Notes: generated by a model from the letters alone, not told the origin. A DNA stretch of 32,000 nt from Prochlorococcus marinus subsp. pastoris str. CCMP1986 (GCF_000011465.1 NC_005072.1:1050001-1082000); one strand, 5' to 3'. Positions 20,764 through 28,881 are shown, counted from the stretch's first letter. Numbers and translations: made by a program.

Positions 20764-21279
20764 CTATTTACATTTTAACCAGGATTCAACTGGAAAATCA
20801 AATTTTGATCTTCCTTCAAGTTCTATCAACTCAACTACGGTTAATAGCCCCGTAATTTTTTTGCCATTGTCTTTTAAAATATTTGAAACACAATTTACAG
20901 TACCTCCTGTTGCTAACAAATCGTCGATAATTGCAAAAGAATAAAAGTTATTAAGGCTCTTTTTTTGAATTGACAATGAATTTTCTCCATATTCAAGAGT
21001 ATATTTTTTTTTAATTAATTCTCCAGGAAGTTTTCCTGGTTTTCTAGCAAATATCATTGGTTTTGAGACTTGAAATGAGATGGCAGATCCAAAAATAAAA
21101 CCTCGCGCATCAATTGATATTAAAGCTTCAGCATTAGACACAATTTTACTCGATGCCATTTTAAGAATAAGTTCTTTAAAGACTATTGGATGTTGAACTA
21201 TCTCAAGGACATCTTTAAAATCAATTCCTTCCTTTGGATGATCTTTGTAGGTAGATATTAATTCATTTAGTATTTCCAT
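20764..21279 (-). CDS. apt: Adenine phosphoribosyltransferase
   Basis: YKDHPKEGIDFKDVLEIVQHP..., SIDARGFIFGSAI, PRPP-binding FAIIDDLLATGGTVNC. Confidence 0.96.
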   Translation of the reverse strand: MEILNELISTYKDHPKEGIDFKDVLEIVQHPIVFKELILKMASSKIVSNAEALISIDARGFIFGSAISFQVSKPMIFARKPGKLPGELIKKKYTLEYGENSLSIQKKSLNNFYSFAIIDDLLATGGTVNCVSNILKDNGKKITGLLTVVELIELEGRSKFDFPVESWLKCK

Positions 21280-21432
21280 GTTTTTAGTGTGGATTTAAAT
21301 TCTCTTTAACAAATTATTTATTAGAAATATCATAGCCAAGCGCAGGATTTAATCATTTAAAGCAGTTTTTATAAAATAATTATTTAGAGGGGCTTTTATA
21401 GATGTCTAAAATGAACTAAGATTTAGTTAACG

Positions 21433-21506
21433 GGGCGTGGCGCAGCTTGGTAGCGCGGGTGCTTTGGGAGCACTAGGTCGCAGGTTCGAATCCTGTCGCC
21501 CCGATA
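21433..21506 (+). tRNA. tRNA-Pro (anticodon TGG), intact
   Basis: CGGGGCG...CGCCCCG acceptor stem, loop TTTGGGA, T-arm CGCAGGTTCGAATCCTGTC; discriminator A. Confidence 0.95.
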
Positions 21507-21556
21507 AGTCATACCAACGGATTAGAAATAATATAACTTGTCTCATATTGCGAAAA

Positions 21557-21576
21557 GGTAGCTAGAGGGGTAGCTA
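21557..21576 (+). repeat. Cassette-end direct repeat (left end of cassette 1)
   Basis: ggtagctagaggggtagcta, exact 20-bp match to 22738..22757. Confidence 0.9.
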
Positions 21577-21670
21577 GGATACAGTTGTTGCGGTCGTGGA
21601 TTACTTTTCTAGTGCCTTTTATTGACAATTCCATCAATTAGGTTGTTCCCAAAAAATTTTAGAACTCTTA

Positions 21671-22303
21671 TTAATCAATAAGTGCAACCCATGAAAAGGC
21701 TGCTCCAATACCAATTAAAATTCCCGAAACCAAATTTTTATTCTTTAAAATTCTTCCAATATGCTCTGATAAGTATAGGACTATTAAGAGCAAAGATCCT
21801 TGCCCTATAAATATTCCTAAAAAGTAACTTAATAGAGGACTTTGCTCAGCACCAACAATTGCACCTCCTATCAAGTAACCATGCAAAGAGATCATGGGTA
21901 AAAGTAATGAGCTAGGTAAATAGCCCAAAATTATCAAACTTTCTAAAACTAAGCTTAAAGATACTAATGCTTCTGCGTAGGGGATCATAAATTCTGGCAA
22001 TGACAAAATTTGCGCAATAGCACTTCCAATTAAACCAAAACCTAATAAAGGTAATATCCATTTTTTTTGGGATCTCAATCCAATAAGACTTATTGCCAAA
22101 ATAAAAAGGAGATGGTCTGGACCCAATAAGGGATGACCAATACCACTGATAAAACCCTGCCAGGAAGTTAATGTGGAACTCTCACCCATACCAAATGGAT
22201 GATGAGCAAATACTGGATTATAGATACTAATAAAAAACAAATATACAGGGAAGATTATTAAAGAGACTTTTAAGTTCTTATGAAAAAAATTTTTAGAATT
22301 CAT
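21671..22303 (-). CDS. HupE/UreJ-like nickel/cobalt permease family protein
   Basis: Start placed at ATG 22303 (MNSKNFFHKNLKVSLIIFPVY...); HPFGMGESSTLTSWQGFISGIGHPLLGPDHLLFILAISLIG matches HupE/UreJ metal-binding motif. ORF track extends the frame upstream to 22381 into the next gene. Confidence 0.88.
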   Translation of the reverse strand: MNSKNFFHKNLKVSLIIFPVYLFFISIYNPVFAHHPFGMGESSTLTSWQGFISGIGHPLLGPDHLLFILAISLIGLRSQKKWILPLLGFGLIGSAIAQILSLPEFMIPYAEALVSLSLVLESLIILGYLPSSLLLPMISLHGYLIGGAIVGAEQSPLLSYFLGIFIGQGSLLLIVLYLSEHIGRILKNKNLVSGILIGIGAAFSWVALID

Positions 22304-22316
22304 TTTTCTATTCAAA

Positions 22317-22454
22317 TTAATGATCTTTGCATGGCGAACATTCTTCACAATCTGTACATTCGCAAGGACAAACACAACCACAACCTGGACAAACTTCTTT
22401 CTCGTTTAAAATCAAAGTATCTGTTAATAAATGTTTTGTAAAAGTAATAACCAT
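22317..22454 (-). CDS. Cysteine-rich mini-protein, metallothionein-like
   Basis: Hand-translated: MVITFTKHLLTDTLILNEKEVCPGCGCVCPCECTDCEECSPCKDH* (45 aa, 9 Cys). Not in ORF track. Confidence 0.75.
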   Translation of the reverse strand: MVITFTKHLLTDTLILNEKEVCPGCGCVCPCECTDCEECSPCKDH

Positions 22455-22548
22455 AATTTAAAAATTTATTTCTAAATATAAATTATATATGACTAAAAAT
22501 CAATGCTAGTAATAATTTATACATTTTATAAAATTAAAATAAAAAACG

Positions 22549-22584
22549 ATTATCATTTTTATTTAGATAATGAAAATCATATTC
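22549..22584 (-). promoter_or_regulatory. Candidate Fur-family metalloregulator operator region
   Basis: ATTATCA at 22549 and GATAATGAAAATCATATTC at 22566..22584 (16 of 19 positions match the classical Fur box GATAATGATAATCATTATC). Confidence 0.45.
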
Positions 22585-22737
22585 ATGATTATTATTTAAA
22601 AAGATAACTTCACTCAGCTTCTATATCAATAATTCTTTTACCTTCCTAAGCATTAATTCTTTCTTCTTGGAATTCAATAGCGACTATCAATTATTTTTTG
22701 GGGTGATGACTACAAGAAGGCACTCGGGTGTAAAAAG

Positions 22738-22757
22738 GGTAGCTAGAGGGGTAGCTA
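22738..22757 (+). repeat. Cassette-end direct repeat (right end of cassette 1)
   Basis: ggtagctagaggggtagcta, identical to 21557..21576. Confidence 0.9.
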
Positions 22758-22882
22758 AGTGACGATCTCATGTGAATTCATGCGATCGCAAGGTATGAAT
22801 TTGAGACTCAGAAACATTCCAACACAATAGAAAACCTTAGTTACAATCTATATTCTTATCTTTTTCTCAAAGTTACATACAA

Positions 22883-22928
22883 GTGCTTTGGGAGCACTAG
22901 GTCGCAGGTTCGAATCCTGTCGCCCCGA
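22883..22928 (+). repeat. tRNA-Pro 3' fragment (att-like), copy 2
   Basis: 46 nt gtgctttgggagcactaggtcgcaggttcgaatcctgtcgccccga, identical to tRNA-Pro 21461..21506; no 5' half present. Confidence 0.95.
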
Positions 22929-23002
22929 CTCTTAGAATCCAAGTCATAGAGAGGAATCCCAACCTCTCTTTTTTATTGCTTGTTCATTCTCACATGAGAA
23001 AG

Positions 23003-23024
23003 GGGCTCTAGGAGGGGCTCTAGC
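23003..23024 (+). repeat. G-rich tandem repeat at left end of cassette 2
   Basis: ggggctctaggaggggctctag; related to the 12-bp unit gggggctctaaa at 25227. Confidence 0.8.
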
Positions 23025-23082
23025 ATCTTCGAAGATCTCCAAAAGGTGCCTACCTTTTTTGAATTAATTAATAACTAGTTGA

Positions 23083-24558
23083 TTAAAACTGCCATCTAAA
23101 ACCGCCACCATAGGACTGCTCATCTCCTCCTTCTGCTAGACCATATTCAGCATTTAAGTTAAACATAAAATCTTTAGTACAGATAAAATCAGCTCCCACT
23201 TTTACAGAACCATTATGTTGACCAAGTGTTTTAGAAGAAACTTTAGTATGAGCTGTTGAGCTTTCTGTTAATCCACCTTTAATACTTCTATGATCATCGT
23301 CCGAATAGGGATCCATTTCATAATTTAGTGCAAGTGAAGGAACTAAAATCCACTTTCCTCCTTCCATAGGGATTTGCTTATCTATACTGATTCCTGTTTT
23401 AAACAGAAGAGATTCTGCCTGATTTGGATCAATGGTAATTAAATCTCCACTACCCGATTCACTGAATCCATCTTGAGTATGGGCGGCATAAGCAACTCCT
23501 ACCGTTGGTTGTAAACGGATTGGGGTTTTCATATTTTTTATATTCTTTTTCATATCCCAGATACCATTTATCTCCGCAGTATATCCATCAGTATCGTAGG
23601 CAGATGTTGCTGATGTAGTTGAATAATTTCTATTACCTTTGTAATCAAAATCAGATCCACCAATCATTCCTTTTAAGGTGAATTTATCACTTACTTTCTT
23701 AACTCCATAAATAGAATAGTGAGTGTTAGTGGAACTCAAACTAGCTGTAGTACTAGAGAAGTTGTAATTATTTAAATTAGAAGATCCAACGCCATATGCA
23801 ACACCAGCTTTCCATCTATCATTAATTGTCTTCTCTACATTTAATGAGGTATTAAATTTTGTATAATCATATCCTCCATAACTGCTATTACCGTTAACAG
23901 AAGCAGTTGTATTGTTCGCATTGGTATAAACACAATAATCAGTATCTCCAATCACCCAACCATAGTTATTGCATTGTCCTGCTTTAGCTAAAACCAAGTC
24001 TCTATTATTTTTAATTGATGCCAATCCAATATTCTGCATCGCTGTATAGGGTTGGACCCATTCAGTTCCAGTGTCAGGAGGATCTGGAGTAACAAGGGAA
24101 GAGATCGTTAAAAATGCACGCCCACCAACACCATCATTTGTTTCAATCTCAAAACCAAAATTATCCCCCGCCTCTACATCAGTGGAAATACTTCCTGATT
24201 GATTGAAATCACCATGCAACTGATAACCAGTAAAAAGGGTTGTACTGCTACCGTTTATCAAGTTTGGAAAATCGTAGAAAGGAGTATCGTTTGTAGTATA
24301 AGCCCAATCAAAACTATATGTACCAGAACCTCCAGAAGGAATTTCGATAAAAAACTTTTGGGCTGAGCCTCTCGAACCATCATTTGGACCAGTAATAGTT
24401 ATGGAGTCTGGAGCATTATTAGTATCTAAGGAGCCATCTCCAGACGAGCCTACTGTGCTCCAATTATTAACATCAAAATTTCCTGAAAAATTTTCGCCAG
24501 CTTTTATAGGCAGAGAGGAAAATATTAACGTTAAAAGTAAAAAATTATAAATTTTCAC
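23083..24558 (-). CDS. Outer-membrane autotransporter-like beta-barrel protein with short passenger domain
   Basis: Signal peptide MKIYNFLLLTLIFSSLPIKAG, about 150 aa beta-rich N-terminal domain, then alternating barrel strands with terminal ...YGLAEGGDEQSYGGGFRWQF (C-terminal Phe). Confidence 0.72.
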   Translation of the reverse strand: MKIYNFLLLTLIFSSLPIKAGENFSGNFDVNNWSTVGSSGDGSLDTNNAPDSITITGPNDGSRGSAQKFFIEIPSGGSGTYSFDWAYTTNDTPFYDFPNLINGSSTTLFTGYQLHGDFNQSGSISTDVEAGDNFGFEIETNDGVGGRAFLTISSLVTPDPPDTGTEWVQPYTAMQNIGLASIKNNRDLVLAKAGQCNNYGWVIGDTDYCVYTNANNTTASVNGNSSYGGYDYTKFNTSLNVEKTINDRWKAGVAYGVGSSNLNNYNFSSTTASLSSTNTHYSIYGVKKVSDKFTLKGMIGGSDFDYKGNRNYSTTSATSAYDTDGYTAEINGIWDMKKNIKNMKTPIRLQPTVGVAYAAHTQDGFSESGSGDLITIDPNQAESLLFKTGISIDKQIPMEGGKWILVPSLALNYEMDPYSDDDHRSIKGGLTESSTAHTKVSSKTLGQHNGSVKVGADFICTKDFMFNLNAEYGLAEGGDEQSYGGGFRWQF

Positions 24559-24806
24559 TTAATTAGTAATTATACTTATAAATATATATATCAAACTTCT
24601 TAAACTACTTTTTATATGAGGATATGCTCTTAAAATATAATAATTAAAAGCTATAAAAGCCAGTGACTTGCAACAATTTTAGATTTCTAGATTACTATAA
24701 TTACTGAAAACTTACGTGCTTATTTATATTTCTAGGTTCCTAGACTTCTTATATTTTTTATTATTTAGTAGCTTATTTATATTGTTATTTAATATAAAAA
24801 ACTCTT

Positions 24807-25097
24807 TTATTTATTTTCTTTTTCTCTTAACTCTGGAAAGCATTTAGCAATATGAATTAACTCATATACTTCTTCACTGTCATAATTTTTATTTGGAACT
24901 CCACTTCCTACTTCTATTCCTCTAGCTTTCATCATCTTTAAAATTAATTCTTGCCTTTCTTGGCTAGACATTGATTTATATTTGTTCCTTCTTTCTTCCT
25001 TATCCAAAATTAAAAAAGTTATAACTATAGTTCCAATAGTATAAATTAAGCTCCACCCCTGCGAGTTAATTTGCATTAACAGTAGTAGGTAAAGCAA
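24807..25097 (-). CDS. Small hypothetical protein with one TM segment
   Basis: 96 aa; MQINSQGWSLIYTIGTIVITFLILDKEERRNKYKSMSSQERQELILKMMKARGIEV... Confidence 0.6.
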   Translation of the reverse strand: MLYLLLLMQINSQGWSLIYTIGTIVITFLILDKEERRNKYKSMSSQERQELILKMMKARGIEVGSGVPNKNYDSEEVYELIHIAKCFPELREKENK

Positions 25098-25226
25098 GTA
25101 AAGCTAAACAAGATATTAATAATTTATGCATAAAAAAGAGGGTTTTATCCCTCTAAGTTTATCTATAGTTTCCCAAAAAGTTATCATTTCTTCGAGCTGG
25201 TTAAAGCTAAACACTAGGTCGGTGGA

Positions 25227-25274
25227 GGGGGCTCTAAAGGGGGCTCTAAAGGGGGCTCTAAAGGGGGCTCTAAT
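25227..25274 (+). repeat. Tandem 12-bp repeat x4, right end of cassette 2
   Basis: gggggctctaaa x3 followed by gggggctctaat. Confidence 0.95.
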
Positions 25275-25397
25275 ATCTATTAACATCTTGTATGATCTTC
25301 GAAGATATTGCAATATGTTGTCTCAAACTCGTTCCACTCTCTATAATTAGTTAAGACTATAACTAGATTCTCAAGCAATTCTTAAAAATAACGCCCA

Positions 25398-25443
25398 GTG
25401 CTTTGGGAGCACTAGGTCGCAGGTTTGAATCCTTTCGCCCCAA
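25398..25443 (+). repeat. tRNA-Pro 3' fragment (att-like), copy 3, with 3 substitutions
   Basis: gtgctttgggagcactaggtcgcaggtttgaatcctttcgccccaa. Confidence 0.93.
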
Positions 25444-25635
25444 TCAGTGCATATAAATAAAAGTTAGGTATTGCTAATCTCATATATTCCTAGGTATATA
25501 AAAAAAGATTATTTTCTGCGAAATTTAAAGTCATTTCTCTAGCCTTCTTTCTTCGGAGGTATTTTTAAGTATTTCTAGATAAGAAGAAAATAACAAAAGT
25601 TTATTATTTTTATCATTAAACATTTTAATTAAAAT

Positions 25636-27651
25636 TTATATTTTGTTATTTGTATCATTTTCAATAATAAAGTTTTTTAATTTATTAACTAATACTTTTG
25701 CACCATAATCAGATAGATGATTCCCATCACGATAGAATTTTGAAAAATCTTTAAAATTATCACAACAACTTTCTAATGCTTCTAATGGATTGAATAGAAA
25801 TAAACCTTCTATATTTGATAAGTTTTTTATAAACAAATTATTCAAAGAAATCGCATTTTTTCTTTGAATTAGATAATTTTGATTATGATTATTTTCTTGA
25901 AAAGGTCTAAACCATTCTGGATGAGGAATAGAATTTCTCAATGATGAGGTAATTAAATAAGTTTTAATACCTTTCGCATTAGCTTTTTGAACAAAAGATT
26001 TTATAGAGTTTATATAGATATTTATCTTTTCCTCAGCATTAATAGAAATCTCATCATTTATGTTAAAAATGGTATTTCTTGTATCGGGATGTTTTTGATC
26101 CCCAAGATAAGAAAGGTGATAACCATAAATCACTAAAATATCATCTTGCCCTAATTTATTCAAAATTTTAGTGGAGGATAATTTTATAAATTGATTACAT
26201 TTTGATGGTAGAATTCCAAAATCCAAAGGAGGGAAGGGGCAACCTGCATGTGTATAGTGAATCAAATTCAAACCCCTATTGTAAAAAATATCTTGAGCAC
26301 TCATTAGAGTTTGCGCGTGACTATCACCAACGAAAGCAATCGTTTTATCAATCTTATTTGGGCTTTTATTATAAATAATACAATGATCAAATAATTCATC
26401 TATTTTTTCTTGTGTATAGCCTCCATCGGCATGACATTTCCTACCATTAATTTTTTTAGAAACTGATTTAATAGCATATCTCCATTTATTACCCGCATTA
26501 AAAGTAGGCGATTGTCCGGTAAATAAAACACTATTATTTAAAGACAAAAATATTGCAATAAGCCCTGAGCTAAAAGCAATAATAATATTAAGGATTAATA
26601 AACCAAACTTTTTAACATCATATTCTCTACTTCTTAAAGGTATTTCTACGTATTTATATGAAAAAAAGGCCAGAAAAAAACTTAATAAAATTTGTATTGG
26701 TATTGTCCACCATGTTATTCCAAAAGTCCATCTACTTATACAGATAACAGTCCAATGCCATAAATACAAAGAATAAGAGATTTTTCCAATAAAAACTATA
26801 AATCTATTGGTAAGAAATTTGTAAGCTAAGAAATCTTCTTTTGTCAATAAGATAAATAATGTTGTACAAAAAACCGTAAGAATTGTAGATAAATTAATAA
26901 ACTCTCTAGGAAACATCATTATTGATATCAATATCAAAAAAATTAAAATTTCTGAAAGATGTCTGTATTTAAATTTCTCAACTATTTTGTACCGACTTAA
27001 AACGAAGGTTAAACCTCCAAAAGAAATTTCCCAAAATCTTGTTGGCATTAGAAAGTAAGCTGCATCTGGATTTGATTTATATAAATGCAAATAAAGACTT
27101 AAAGAGGGAATTGAAAAAATTATTAAGACAATAAATAAATTTCTTAAACTTTTTTTAGCTGATCTAGAGAATCCTGTAAACCATATAAAAAATGGATAAA
27201 TAAAATAAAATTGCTCTTCAACGCCTAAAGACCATGTATGAGTAAAAATATTTAAATCCGCATCCTCTGCAAAATAATCAGTAGCATGTCTAATCAAATA
27301 CAAATTTGATAATCCAAAAGCAGATGAGGCTCCAGTTCTTAAAGAAATTTGTGGATCAGAATTAAATAAACAGATAAGAATACTAGAAATAATTATAAAT
27401 ACAGCTAATGCTGGAACGATTCTTCTTAATCTTCTTATGTAAAAATTTTGGATAAAATCAATAAAATTTTTAGAATCTCTTCCATACAAAGATGAGGAAA
27501 TAACAAAGCCTGATATTACAAAAAATATATCTACTCCTAAAAATCCGGATAGTAAGAACTCTTTGTTAAGGTGATTAATTATTACCCCTAAAACTGCAAT
27601 AGCCCTTAATCCATCAATTTCTGGTCTGTATTTGCTAGGAATTATGTTCAA
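25636..27651 (-). CDS. OafA/YrhL-type O-acyltransferase with C-terminal SGNH-like domain
   Basis: YRPEIDGLRAIAVLGVIINHL...SGFLGVDIFFVISGFVISSSL...FTHTWSLGVEEQFYFIYP (acyltransferase 3 family) plus IAFVGDSHAQTL and FYRDGNHLSDYGAKVL (SGNH blocks). Confidence 0.93.
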   Translation of the reverse strand: MNIIPSKYRPEIDGLRAIAVLGVIINHLNKEFLLSGFLGVDIFFVISGFVISSSLYGRDSKNFIDFIQNFYIRRLRRIVPALAVFIIISSILICLFNSDPQISLRTGASSAFGLSNLYLIRHATDYFAEDADLNIFTHTWSLGVEEQFYFIYPFFIWFTGFSRSAKKSLRNLFIVLIIFSIPSLSLYLHLYKSNPDAAYFLMPTRFWEISFGGLTFVLSRYKIVEKFKYRHLSEILIFLILISIMMFPREFINLSTILTVFCTTLFILLTKEDFLAYKFLTNRFIVFIGKISYSLYLWHWTVICISRWTFGITWWTIPIQILLSFFLAFFSYKYVEIPLRSREYDVKKFGLLILNIIIAFSSGLIAIFLSLNNSVLFTGQSPTFNAGNKWRYAIKSVSKKINGRKCHADGGYTQEKIDELFDHCIIYNKSPNKIDKTIAFVGDSHAQTLMSAQDIFYNRGLNLIHYTHAGCPFPPLDFGILPSKCNQFIKLSSTKILNKLGQDDILVIYGYHLSYLGDQKHPDTRNTIFNINDEISINAEEKINIYINSIKSFVQKANAKGIKTYLITSSLRNSIPHPEWFRPFQENNHNQNYLIQRKNAISLNNLFIKNLSNIEGLFLFNPLEALESCCDNFKDFSKFYRDGNHLSDYGAKVLVNKLKNFIIENDTNNKI

Positions 27652-27696
27652 GAAATTTTAGCCAATAAACTTTTTCTAACGTAATTATAATTAATC

Positions 27697-27921
27697 ATGG
27701 ATATTAACTGGGCAAGTACCCAAATAGTAAAGAACTTAGACCGACACGAAAAACGAGATTTACTGGCTTGGATTTTGACCCAAAGTGAACGTACCTTCCA
27801 GAGAGCCTTCGAAGCTGGACAATATTCTTCTGCTATTGGCTCACTAAAATTAATTTGGGAAATGACGATTAAGGATTCTAAGGAAAAAGACTCTAGATAT
27901 CACGGGAACTATAAACATTAG
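27697..27921 (+). CDS. Small hypothetical protein in island
   Basis: 74 aa MDINWASTQIVKNLDRHEKRDLLAWILTQSERTFQRAFEAGQYSSAIGSLKLIWEMTIKDSKEKDSRYHGNYKH; opposite strand to neighbours. Confidence 0.55.
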   Translation: MDINWASTQIVKNLDRHEKRDLLAWILTQSERTFQRAFEAGQYSSAIGSLKLIWEMTIKDSKEKDSRYHGNYKH

Positions 27922-28229
27922 TAGGTCTCATCCGTCTTGGACATAGCTTTTGAAGTTGTTGGACAAAATATTAGTTATTTTTGAATATCTGATCTCAACC
28001 TAAGACGTGAAAAGTATTGGAAATTGGTTGGCTAGTCTCATTAGTTAGTGGGCGTACTGTCCTCGACACAATGCTTATGTCTCTTTTTTTTCTAAAGTAT
28101 ATATAAGGTGGAAAAGTAATTAATATATAAGGCTATTACTACTATTTAACCTATTTTTATAGGGTGGGAAAGTAGGTGCGAAAGTATGGAGGTTTGACCA
28201 ACTTTTCCCCTTTTCCAGTTCTTTTTTTA

Positions 28230-28799
28230 TTAAAAAACTTTTGTAATAGCGAAGTAAGCATATTTAGGTCTCCCGCCTGTTGAAGGTAGTCCCTTTTTAT
28301 CTATGTTTTTGTCTTTTGCCAATTCCCTAAGTACTTCATCTGTATATTTCTTATTAATTGAGAGTTTTTGGCTTATTTCATCAGAAGTGAAAAACCTATC
28401 AGAATTATCATTAATGTAAGTCCCAATTCTTTCTCTATGGGTTTTTAATTCATTTAACGTGCAACCTAATCCTTTCATTCTTAAAAAATGGACTCTTTGA
28501 TCTTCTTCCGAACCTTCGAATAAATAGATTTGATTATTTTTCATAGTGTTGCCCCTAGATTTAAAACTCTTAAGGCTATAGATAGTTTCTCCCCTTTCCC
28601 CTATTTCTTTCCAATAGCCCCAAACATCAGTAGAAGCATTTTTCAGATAAACAGTTCCAAATATATCGTTAGCTGTTAATTCTGGCGTTTTACTTTCTTT
28701 CTTTCTGGTGTGATGAGTCATAAGAACGGCTACTTGTTTAGTAGTGCTAATCCTTTTGAGCCTATACAAGAACAATGCAAATTCAGCAATACCCCGCAA
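28230..28799 (-). pseudogene. C-terminal remnant of RecA-like replication helicase / primase-type ATPase
   Basis: Only a non-ATG start right after an in-frame stop; VAVLMTHHTRKKESKTPELTANDIFGTVYLKNASTDVWGYWKE resembles the C-terminal half of RepA/RecA-like ATPases; no Walker A; possible winged-helix at C-terminus. Confidence 0.55.
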
Positions 28800-28846
28800 C
28801 TATTTAGTCATAGCTTGTAGACATAGTGCTCTACTAGGTTTGTTAA

Positions 28847-28881
28847 GTGCTTTGGGAGCACTAGGTCGCAGGTTCGAATCC
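28847..28881 (+). repeat. tRNA-Pro 3' fragment (att-like), copy 4, truncated
   Basis: 35 nt gtgctttgggagcactaggtcgcaggttcgaatcc identical to tRNA-Pro, then diverges (agtctcactgg). Confidence 0.9.

Noticed and set aside
22781-22790. HIP1 octamer (GCGATCGC) as an indicator of foreign cyanobacterial DNA
   Set aside because: A single copy is not informative about origin; retained only as a palindrome in the cassette-end architecture.
22883-22928. Second functional tRNA-Pro gene
   Set aside because: Only the 3' 46 nt are present; no D-arm or 5' acceptor strand upstream (acatacaa precedes it), so it cannot fold as a tRNA.
25227-25274. Possible CRISPR array
   Set aside because: Units are 12 bp, contiguous without spacers, and there are no cas genes.
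25116-25350. Overlapping ORFs on both strands with RAPFRAPFRAP / GALKGALKGAL repeats
   Set aside because: They are read-throughs of the 12-bp tandem DNA repeat at 25227..25274. Both strands are open only because the unit is a multiple of 3; no independent coding evidence.
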